Source: Promethearchaeota archaeon (GTDB taxonomy: Archaea > Asgardarchaeota > Lokiarchaeia > Sigyniarchaeales > SOKP01). From it: a stretch of DNA of 64,000 nucleotides. A program made the translations under genes and the position numbers. The stretch is from the NCBI GenBank assembly GCA_030603385.1, contig JAUVXW010000004.1:64001-128000 (forward strand), read 5' to 3'. Position 1 is the first letter of the stretch. The number at the start of each line of letters is the position of its first letter. The notes beneath the pieces are model-generated. The model had not been told where the DNA came from and made no database searches. It saw only the letters and a program-made list of their open reading frames with translations. Below are positions 21,189 through 29,927 of the stretch, one piece after another.

Positions 21189-21411
21189 TTATACATACTT
21201 AGTAAAAAAGATTTAAATACGTTTTCTACAAGTATATATTGAAGACAAATGAAAAAATCAGAAGTAATTTTAAACTAAACCAGATGCAATAATTCAATTA
21301 AAGGATGAGGAGGAAAATGAATAAAAAAATTTTGTTGTTGGATCATATACCTAAAACAACTTTATTTGAACCTGAAAATATTATATTATTTATAAATGAT
21401 TACCAAAAAGT

Positions 21412-21538
21412 GCTTGGATTACTCGGAAATAAAGCATTAAAAAATTAGAGCTTTTTCTAGTTATGCTTATATCCTTCGCAAAAATTTCTATATTAATAAT
21501 GGAGTGTTATTTAGATCTTCTACAGTTGTTTCATTTAA
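21412..21538. repeat. 127-bp direct repeat, copy 2
   Basis: Identical to 19119-19245 and overlaps the stop codon of 21535-22323. Confidence 0.9.
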
Positions 21539-22323
21539 TCCAGATTAAAATTGAATTCACAAATTTTATCATGAATCTTATTCTTTAATTCCCTTGATAT
21601 ATCATTGATAAAATCCTCTGGAATACTCTCTAAATATTCACCTAATACTTTTTCAATTGTAGGAGAAATTTTATTTATAACTATCTCAAGAATTTCATGC
21701 TTCTTTAAATATCTGTTTTGAAATGCCTGTATATAGGTTTTATTTAACTTCTTTAACCATACTTTTCCTTTATTCTCTAAAATTGTAAGAATCCTTCTGG
21801 AATTTGAATCATTAAAATGCTGAAACTCATATTCGTACCTAATTAAAATTTCTTTAAAGTACTGAATAATTTGTTCCTTTTCTTTTAAGTTTAAATCAAC
21901 TTTAGAGTTTAGAAAAATAATTACCATAAACTTATCAAACAGAAAATACAACTGGACTTTAATGTTGGATCCATGAATTTCAAGATTTGATAAGTTTTGG
22001 ATATTAGTTTGCCCAGCAAATGTTTTGAATGAGCTAAAATACATTGAAATTAGATCGATTTCTAATAAACTCTTATTATCTTCAGACAAATACGATTTTA
22101 TTGAGCCGTAATTTTCTTCCGGCTTATTTTCATATTCAAGAACCATGATTGTATTTCCAAATTGATCGGCAATTATCATACCAATAATCGGTGGTATTTT
22201 GTTAAAATTATATGAGAAATTTGCAATTTGGTCTAGTTTTCCATTTATTGATGTTCCGTGGTTTTGAATTCTATTGTAGGTTTTCATAAAATTGTCGTTT
22301 GAAATATTTTTTTGTAAAAACAA
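21535..22323 (-). CDS. Hypothetical protein, probable longin/roadblock-like domain
   Basis: IIGMIIADQFGNTIM...DLISMYFSSFKTFAGQTNIQNLSNLEIHGS pattern (beta-beta-alpha-beta). The fold call is inference. Confidence 0.55.
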   Translation of the reverse strand: MFLQKNISNDNFMKTYNRIQNHGTSINGKLDQIANFSYNFNKIPPIIGMIIADQFGNTIMVLEYENKPEENYGSIKSYLSEDNKSLLEIDLISMYFSSFKTFAGQTNIQNLSNLEIHGSNIKVQLYFLFDKFMVIIFLNSKVDLNLKEKEQIIQYFKEILIRYEYEFQHFNDSNSRRILTILENKGKVWLKKLNKTYIQAFQNRYLKKHEILEIVINKISPTIEKVLGEYLESIPEDFINDISRELKNKIHDKICEFNFNLD

Positions 22324-22772
22324 ATAATTAAATTAGCATTTCAAATATTTGCTCAATCATAATAAATCTCAAGGGGGGTGTCGGTTTTAACAAAAAGTGA
22401 ACTTTTCCTTTATAAGTTATTACGACAAAAACCATTTAACAGATAGTAATTAGATTATGGTGATCTTTTTTACTTCCATAAATAAAATTATTTATTTCTC
22501 TTCCTTAAAAGAAGTTATTGAATTCTTAAATACATTTTAACTCTTTTTATTTTGTTTAAATCCAAATAAATATCGAGAAGAGAGGATATGAAAAAATTCG
22601 GTCATAGAGAAAAGAAGATAAAAAGTCCAGAAAGCTCGTATACTGTCTTTACGGCATTAAATTATTTAATGTGCTTTTCTAGGAACTTCTCAATGGATTG
22701 AATCCCATGCAAAATCTTTATATATCATACCATTATCAATAAGCTTGGTAAAAAGATTAGTGAGATCTAAAA

Positions 22773-23201
22773 TTGTTGAGAAGATCAAGAATATCCTTCA
22801 TAGTTGTCTTAGTAAGTATGATTTTATTTCTAGTTCCATTATTCCTTCAAACAGGAATAGAAGAAGTCCCTATTAACCCGGAGGTCCCAGAAATAACAGT
22901 ACTCACCGATAGGTCTTTTATCTCTATTTATTTTTATATCCTTTCCCCAATGGGGCTTTTTATGCATATTGCTTTTCTCTATTTTATTTGGAACGAAAAA
23001 TCTCCGAAATATAGATATAAAAATCCAAGGAATATGGTTATCATGGGGGGAATTGCAGTAGTATTACTTCTCTTTGCCCCAAAGTATCTTTTTCCTGAAT
23101 TTCTTACAGAAGAGCAAGATATTATAATAATAGTATTAATGGCATTGAGTGCGATTTTACTATTTATTAGCGGAATAATCTACAAGAAAACAGAAACTTA
23201 A
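22773..23201 (+). CDS. Hypothetical membrane protein (4 TM)
   Basis: Four hydrophobic segments. Confidence 0.65.
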   Translation: MLRRSRISFIVVLVSMILFLVPLFLQTGIEEVPINPEVPEITVLTDRSFISIYFYILSPMGLFMHIAFLYFIWNEKSPKYRYKNPRNMVIMGGIAVVLLLFAPKYLFPEFLTEEQDIIIIVLMALSAILLFISGIIYKKTET

Positions 23202-23342
23202 TGATTACTTAATATTTTTCTCTAAAAATCTCTCAACTTTTCTTCAGGGAAAATAAATTTTTTATAGAATTAACTCTAATCCATTAGATACTGAATAAAA
23301 AAAAAAAGAATTTGTTTATTAAGTATTAAACTCATCAATTAA

Positions 23343-23678
23343 CTACTCAGGCGCTTTCATTCCAACCATTTCTAAAGCTTCCGATACTTTGAAACGAACT
23401 TCTATGTGATATTTATACCCTGGTATGTTATGATAGTTTACCATGTTCTTTTGTTCTAGGAATAAAAATTCCTCTAATTTACCTTCTTTTACATCATAAA
23501 CACTAAAACTTTCAATACCATCATCAGTTGCTTTTACAGCATTTGGAACTATTTCTTTTGCAAATTCTCTATGTTTGGATCGGTAATCTTTGGCAGTTTC
23601 TACATAAATTTTAGCTACCTCGTTTGTCTGATCAAGTGGAAATTTACTAGTTGAAACAACATAAGGCATATTTTTCAC
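23343..23678 (-). CDS. Hypothetical protein
   Basis: 111-aa ORF. Likely start is MPYVV, downstream of a GAGGTG SD. Confidence 0.7.
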   Translation of the reverse strand: MKNMPYVVSTSKFPLDQTNEVAKIYVETAKDYRSKHREFAKEIVPNAVKATDDGIESFSVYDVKEGKLEEFLFLEQKNMVNYHNIPGYKYHIEVRFKVSEALEMVGMKAPE

Positions 23679-24167
23679 CTCTTTTTACAATTACCATTTA
23701 TTTATTAATTTAGAAAATTGAATTTTCAATTTACAGAAAAGTCAAATAATTATTTAAGATTAACTATTTGACAAAATTAGTGAAGAATTAAATCTCATAT
23801 AAATAATTTGATATTGAACCTAAATCCAACCTAAGTCCAATTTGGGAAGATCCAAGACCTTCTTTATAAAGCCGTAAGCTAAATAAATAAGAAAAAAAAA
23901 GTTTTTTGGATGGGTCTACATTTCTAATTTCCTTTCTAATACAATTCCTTATTTGGGTTATATCATTCATTATTTTTCTACTAATAATTATATTTTCTTC
24001 AATAGAGATAAAAGATTATGAAATCAAAAAGTCTTTTAGCTTTTTCTGGATCTTTAAGCTCCTCGAACTTTTCTGAATTAATCAAAAACATAAATTTCAG
24101 TCTTAATAGGTTTAAATATAAGAGCATCTAAATTATAAATAATCATTTTAATTCATAAAATAGAGAT

Positions 24168-24992
24168 GTGAAATTTATGGTAGAAAATAAAGGTTCGTTA
24201 TTTGGTATTATCGCAATTATTATTGGAGCTTCTGGATTAGGGCTTGGAGCCTTTTCGATAGTGAATTTTCAAGTGGTCGAAGGACCACCTGGAGGTGATG
24301 GGCAGGATGGTACAGATGGTCAAGATGCTCCAATAGGGCTTGTCGTAGGAATTTTAGATCCAGACCAAGATGATACGGTATGGGGGGAAATAGTAATAAG
24401 AGCGTTAGTATATGGAAGTAATAACTATTCAGTGTCCGTGAAAGCAAATCAAACCGAAATTGGAACCCAATTACCCACCTTCTGGGATACATCTTTAGAA
24501 GTAGAAGGGTGGTATAATCTAACGGTTATAATTACAGACTATGAAACTAAAGAAACCGCTTTTGATGAAGTATGGCTCAAGGTGGAGAATCCGGTGAAAA
24601 CTTATTATCTTTCAACCGCAAATGAAATAATATGTACCACATCTTCAGGCGGTTGGCGAAGCGTTTTTGATTTAGACGGAGGATTGGGAGGTATTTTTAT
24701 AGAATTAGAAGAAGGAGAAGCCCTTTATCTAAGTTTTACAGGGTATTTTCGTGAACCGGCGTTTCCTGGCTATTATGATATTAGCTTCTATGATTGGGCT
24801 ATTGGTCCGATTGGGATACCACTTACGGTATATCTCGATGATACTTATCAAAGCGTTACTTTTGTAAGAGAAGTATTCTCTCCCTCTTATCAGATTCCTG
24901 GTATTCATCGGATAGATGTTGCTATATATGATCCACAACTTGGAATCCGGACTAAGGACCGATCTTTGATGGTACAAATCATAGTTCTTTAA
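24168..24992 (+). CDS. Membrane-anchored protein with short collagen-like Gly-X-Y repeat and Ig-like domain
   Basis: N-terminal TM, GPPGGDGQDGTDGQD, WDTSLEVEGWYNLTV Ig-like motif. Confidence 0.65.
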   Translation: MKFMVENKGSLFGIIAIIIGASGLGLGAFSIVNFQVVEGPPGGDGQDGTDGQDAPIGLVVGILDPDQDDTVWGEIVIRALVYGSNNYSVSVKANQTEIGTQLPTFWDTSLEVEGWYNLTVIITDYETKETAFDEVWLKVENPVKTYYLSTANEIICTTSSGGWRSVFDLDGGLGGIFIELEEGEALYLSFTGYFREPAFPGYYDISFYDWAIGPIGIPLTVYLDDTYQSVTFVREVFSPSYQIPGIHRIDVAIYDPQLGIRTKDRSLMVQIIVL

Positions 24993-25392
24993 AGATTCTT
25001 ATTTTTCTTTTAATTATCTTTTTTTTTATTTCATCTAAGTCTCTGATTGGGCATTTTAACGTTATATACTTGGCATGATCAAATTCAATTTTTTACCAAT
25101 AAAATAAATCACTAAATCATTACTCTGTATCCATTTATAAAGACGTTTTTAAACTGAATAGGATATAAGAAGACGTTAAAAGCGAAGGTTCATAACGAAT
25201 CGGACAAAACTATCCAAAGTTTAGTGCAATAACAAACAAATGGTAGATATTAATTCTCCTAAATACAATTCACTGTTATAATTTTCTCCGTCAAATACAG
25301 CAGCTTTCATATCTTGAACATTTTACATAAAATTTAGAAAGAAAACATGCTAGTATTGAAAAGATATAATAACTGTCATTTACTATATTATA

Positions 25393-25668
25393 ATGACAAT
25401 TGAAAAAATGAAGATGCAAATGACTGAAAAAATAATTCAAAAAGTCTCATCAAATGGAAGGATTGTCATACCAAAAAAATGGAGAGACAAGTTAGCTATT
25501 GATGATAAAAATGAGGTTGAGATGGAACTGAAGGATGATAAAACTATTTTAATCAAAAAAAAAATACATCCGCTTGAGATAGAGGATAACTTATTTAAAG
25601 GAGTAGCTCCGTTTACAGAAGAAGAGTTAGATGAAGCAAAAAAATCGTTATTCCCTAGTGAGAAATAA
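25393..25668 (+). CDS. AbrB/MazE/SpoVT-family antitoxin (VapB-like)
   Basis: KVSSNGRIVIPKKWRDKLAI, directly upstream of a PIN-domain gene. Confidence 0.85.
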   Translation: MTIEKMKMQMTEKIIQKVSSNGRIVIPKKWRDKLAIDDKNEVEMELKDDKTILIKKKIHPLEIEDNLFKGVAPFTEEELDEAKKSLFPSEK

Positions 25669-25696
25669 ACAAAAATTTAGTGGTTTTTGATATAAA

Positions 25697-26098
25697 ATGA
25701 CAGAAAAAGTAGTAATTGATGCTCAGGTCCTATTTTATTTCCATTATGAATATCAAAAGATTCCATTAATTCTCCAACAACTGAAAAAAAAAGTGATAAA
25801 TGGAGAAATAACAGTAATCCTCCCTACAATTGCAATCGCAGAATTATTTTGGAAAATGAGAAGAGCTGGAAAAACAGATGCATTTGAGGAGGCTCTCAAT
25901 CGATGGGAAAACTCAGAAAATATCATTATCGATGATTTTAATTTGGAAATCATTAAATTGATGTTAAAAAATACTGAAAGTCACGAATTGCATGATGAAA
26001 TCATTGCTATGACTTGTAAAAAGCACAATACGGACATTATTTACTCTAAAGACAAAAAATTTAAAGAAATATTCAATTTACTACTAAGATCTTGGTAG
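25697..26098 (+). CDS. PIN-domain toxin (VapC-like)
   Basis: VVIDAQ, IAIAE, LHDEIIAMT and IYSKD acidic PIN residues. Confidence 0.85.
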   Translation: MTEKVVIDAQVLFYFHYEYQKIPLILQQLKKKVINGEITVILPTIAIAELFWKMRRAGKTDAFEEALNRWENSENIIIDDFNLEIIKLMLKNTESHELHDEIIAMTCKKHNTDIIYSKDKKFKEIFNLLLRSW

Positions 26099-26181
26099 TA
26101 GAGAATTGTGTTTTTTCTCGCCTATAATTTAGAAAAAAGATAATTCATTTTAGTATTTCATCAAATTTAAAATGGAAAGAA

Positions 26182-26967
26182 TTAAACTTTGTAAAAATCC
26201 TTCCTTCTATCCTCAAAAATATCATTGAAATTGTTGAGTTTTTTGTCTCTTACTTTTTCTATATCAATTTCTGCAAACCCTGAATAAATCTTGTCGACTG
26301 GTGCTGACGAGAGGATTTGTCCATCATAAGAAGTAATCTGACTAGCCCCTGTAAATACGAAATTATCTTCCCCTCTTATTTCTTCTCCAATTCGATTCGC
26401 TGTAACGGCGTAAATTCGATTTTCTAAACATCGCGTTATCATTGCCTTTTGACAATAGGGAAGTACTAAATTTGCTGGATGAGCAATAATATCCGCACCT
26501 AAGAGTGCAAGTGTCCTGGCTGTTTCTGGAAAGAACCAATCAAAACATATCATTATGCCAATATTAACACCATTTACTTCAAACACTTTTAATGGTTTAT
26601 TGCCCGGAGAAAACCATAATTTCTCTTTATATTATAGATGAATTTTCCTATAAGTGTCAATAACTCCCTTATTTGAAACAATCAATGCCGAATTATATAT
26701 TTTATTGCCTTCTTTTTCTACAAACCCACCAATAATCACAGCTCCAGTATTTTTAGCAATTTTAAGTAAAAATTGAGATGTTTTTCCATTTATTTTTTCA
26801 GCTAAAGAAACTGCTTCTTCTTTTGATATGAAAGTATAACCCGTTGCAAATAACTCAGGTAATACTATTAAATCACCCTTCAAATTAGCAATTAATTTCT
26901 CAATTTCATTAAAATTTTGCTCCTTCTCGCCAAAAATGGGATTTGTTTGAATATAACCAACTTTCAT
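26182..26967 (-). pseudogene. Carbon-nitrogen hydrolase (nitrilase superfamily) interrupted by one in-frame TAA (26632-26634)
   Basis: E-K-C triad: LPELF, YRKIHL, ICFDWFFPE. The two track ORFs are in one frame, joined by KIHL*YKEKLWF. Confidence 0.8.
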
Positions 26968-27021
26968 TTTTAATCATTTTTGAATGTATATATTTTCATA
27001 AAATAAGATAATAACTTTATA

Positions 27022-27879
27022 TTAGTCAATTTTAGTTTCTTTGTCCACACGCATTGTATATAACTCTTCAAATTTTTCGTGTGATTCTATTTCCTTTTCT
27101 ATTTGCTTTTCAATTATATCTTCTAATCCTTCTTCAAAAAATACGTTTTTTTTGAACTTTTTTGCGGGAGCTCCTAAGTATATAAAATTTTCTTCTAACT
27201 CTTGACCAACAGTAGTCAAAGAATGCCCTCCTAAAATTGAATTCTTTTTAATATGTGTTCCAGGCATAACAACACTGTGAGCACCAATTACTACATTATC
27301 TTCTATAATTGTTTTTCTTATAATAAATAAATTTCCGACTATTAGAGCTGATTGAACAATAGCACTTTGCCCAACGACTATATTTTTTCCAAATTCAATA
27401 AATTCCGTATCAACCCACCCTTCAAAAAGTGAATTTGAATATTTAATTTTCATACCAAACATTTTTAAACATATATTATTCATAAATGGGAAGGGGAATT
27501 TATGAGATATCCAAATTGGCCATTTCTTTATCGTACTTCTTAAACTCCAGTATCTATAATCTTTATCAGAAGAGTGCCTTAAAAAAATACCCTCTCGCGG
27601 TTTATGAATACGATTGACGATTATGAGAAATATCTTAGCAAAAATTAAGGATACGATAATAGAAGTTAGGTACATTACAAAAACTAAAAGGGGTAAGAAA
27701 AAAAGGAAGTGAATAAATTTTGGCTCATAAAGTTTCCAAAACAACCAAAATTCAAATTGAATTGTAAAAATACTAATCCAGATCAAAAAAATATAGAAAA
27801 TTAAGTATCTCTTTTTTACTAAAGTAAGAGTAGTATTTGGTCCAACATTTAAACTTGCGGGTACTGACATAATGTTCAA
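27022..27879 (-). CDS. Membrane hexapeptide-repeat protein, type C (intronless paralog of 8600-9573)
   Basis: Shares KPREG.FLR...DKDYRYWSLR and NSLFEGWVDTEFI with 8600-9573. Confidence 0.8.
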   Translation of the reverse strand: MNIMSVPASLNVGPNTTLTLVKKRYLIFYIFLIWISIFTIQFEFWLFWKLYEPKFIHFLFFLPLLVFVMYLTSIIVSLIFAKIFLIIVNRIHKPREGIFLRHSSDKDYRYWSLRSTIKKWPIWISHKFPFPFMNNICLKMFGMKIKYSNSLFEGWVDTEFIEFGKNIVVGQSAIVQSALIVGNLFIIRKTIIEDNVVIGAHSVVMPGTHIKKNSILGGHSLTTVGQELEENFIYLGAPAKKFKKNVFFEEGLEDIIEKQIEKEIESHEKFEELYTMRVDKETKID

Positions 27880-28766
27880 TCCTCCGAGTTAATGTGAAGA
27901 AATTTTTTCTTATCTTCATCAATATTAACTTCTTGTTTAACTTCATATTTTATTTCTTCATCCACATGCTTTCTATAAATGAGATCTCTTCTTTGCTCTG
28001 CATATTTATTAGGTTTTAATTTCCTTGCAAATTGAGGGCCTATATAAATCCAGGCTCGTTCTAAAATTTGGCTAGGAATTATAGTAGAAAAAGCTCCAAG
28101 CACAGATTCCTTCTCCATAATAGTACCTGGAGAAACGTGTGATACACCACCAACTAGTATGTGATCTCCTAGGATTACCTTTTTTATTATCAGATAGTTT
28201 CCTACCACCATTGAACTCATTACTACAGCTCCCTGCCCAACGGTAATGTTTCGGCCAAATTCTATAAATTCTCCATCCACCCAAGCATCATGTGCGTGAC
28301 TTGAGAAATCAATTCTTATACCTAACCACTTAAATCCCCACGTAACGACCCACGGGAGCGGACCATTACTCATAAACCAAAATACGAGTTTTTTAAGTTC
28401 TACTCTCAATCTCCAAAATTCATAATCGTTATCACCCTCGATTGCTCTGAAAACACCCTCTTTGGGAGTATGGATCATATTTATTATAAGAAGGAATGCT
28501 TTTGTAAAAATCGCAATACCAAATATAAAGATAAAATATAAAACAAATAACCATATAGGAAGTAAAAACATATTTATATACCATGTAATATTTCGCGATA
28601 TATCGAAAAATATAGCAGCAGCCATGTATCCAGAAATCCATAAGATAGGGATGTATAAAGCTAGAAACTTATAACCAATTCTACTTATTGCACTGGTTGT
28701 TACAAAATCAATCGTATAATCTATTTTGTTAGTCTCGTTTTTTAATCCTTTTCCAACTTTACTCAT
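27876..28766 (-). CDS. Membrane hexapeptide-repeat protein, type B
   Basis: IDFVTTSAISR, PKEGVF, VGQGAVVMSSMVVG. Overlaps both neighbours (operon). Confidence 0.8.
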   Translation of the reverse strand: MSKVGKGLKNETNKIDYTIDFVTTSAISRIGYKFLALYIPILWISGYMAAAIFFDISRNITWYINMFLLPIWLFVLYFIFIFGIAIFTKAFLLIINMIHTPKEGVFRAIEGDNDYEFWRLRVELKKLVFWFMSNGPLPWVVTWGFKWLGIRIDFSSHAHDAWVDGEFIEFGRNITVGQGAVVMSSMVVGNYLIIKKVILGDHILVGGVSHVSPGTIMEKESVLGAFSTIIPSQILERAWIYIGPQFARKLKPNKYAEQRRDLIYRKHVDEEIKYEVKQEVNIDEDKKKFLHINSED

Positions 28767-29688
28767 TTAATTTACTCTCAATATTTTTCTTTTTTCTTTT
28801 TTTTGATAAATTCATCTTTTCGTTAAGATCTTCCGCTCTTTTCAAATCTTCTTCTGTGATTTGTAAGAAATCCATTACCCTTCTCTTAAAGATTTTTCTT
28901 AGAGGAGTTCCAAAATAGTAATTATTACCTTTCAAAATATTATATTTTGTTGCTCCTGTCACGGGAAACCACCAAGAATTATTACCAATTTCTACACCAG
29001 GACCAAAACAATTAAAACCTCCAGAAGTAACATTATTACCAATTTTTACTTTTGCAAAAGAAATATTTCCGAAAATCCCTTCTACAGCATGCGAGACCAT
29101 ACCAGGATTTGTTCCAATGTAAGAATTTTCTCCAATTTCTATAAATCGATCACCAGCAAGTTGTTCTTCTATAACCGTTCCTTTTCCAATTTTATTAGTC
29201 CGTGTAAAATTAAACATCCATTTTAATAGCCAGGGAAATGGTCCTCTTGAAAAAGCATTTTTCGGATATTTAATCGTAAAACTACGAAAGTGGTAAAAAT
29301 TTAAAGTTTTACTGGGTATATTTCTTGGAATAATCCCTGATTTTGAAGGGGATCGCTTTTCTGAGATGCCCCAAAACCATCGGGTAATTAATGCTACAAA
29401 AAATAGATGTATTAAGTAGCATACGATAATTACAAGAGGTAGACATAAAGAAGCAATTAGAGAAGGTAAATTGGTAAATATTGAGATAAAATTCCTTACT
29501 TCTAAGAAAAAGGGTAAATAAAATAGCATTATAAACATCATGAAAATTATGGCTGGTACTAGGAAAGAGCCAAAATAAATGACAAAAAATGCAGGTAAAT
29601 ACCAATGCAATTGTAAATTAATTTCTTCTTTAATAAGATTATTAGCAGGATCTACGTTTTTTGTTTCAGTTTCTTTTGTTTCCGCCAC
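28759..29688 (-). CDS. Membrane hexapeptide-repeat protein, type A
   Basis: GIIPRN, SHAVEGIFGNIS, IGENSYIG. Matches the N-half of the AB fusions. Confidence 0.8.
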   Translation of the reverse strand: MAETKETETKNVDPANNLIKEEINLQLHWYLPAFFVIYFGSFLVPAIIFMMFIMLFYLPFFLEVRNFISIFTNLPSLIASLCLPLVIIVCYLIHLFFVALITRWFWGISEKRSPSKSGIIPRNIPSKTLNFYHFRSFTIKYPKNAFSRGPFPWLLKWMFNFTRTNKIGKGTVIEEQLAGDRFIEIGENSYIGTNPGMVSHAVEGIFGNISFAKVKIGNNVTSGGFNCFGPGVEIGNNSWWFPVTGATKYNILKGNNYYFGTPLRKIFKRRVMDFLQITEEDLKRAEDLNEKMNLSKKRKKKNIESKLNE

Positions 29689-29927
29689 GATTTTTCCCTT
29701 TTAAGTAAAATCTTTCAAATTTCCACTATTTTCTTACGGTTTCTTTTTTTATATACTTGAGAGTATTTAAAAATTTTCAGATTAAAAATCATCGGATAAG
29801 TGGAAAAATAAGAGTGTTAAAAAACAATTATTTAATCTTTTTTTTTCTTTAGAAATTACTGACAAAACTTTATATACTAATCGCTCATTTTTTCCATAAA
29901 AGTCTATATGGCTTCGGCGAATTTAGA

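Noticed and set aside
26586-26640. Intron at the C-N hydrolase break
   Set aside because: There is no insertion: total length (261 aa) and motif spacing are normal.
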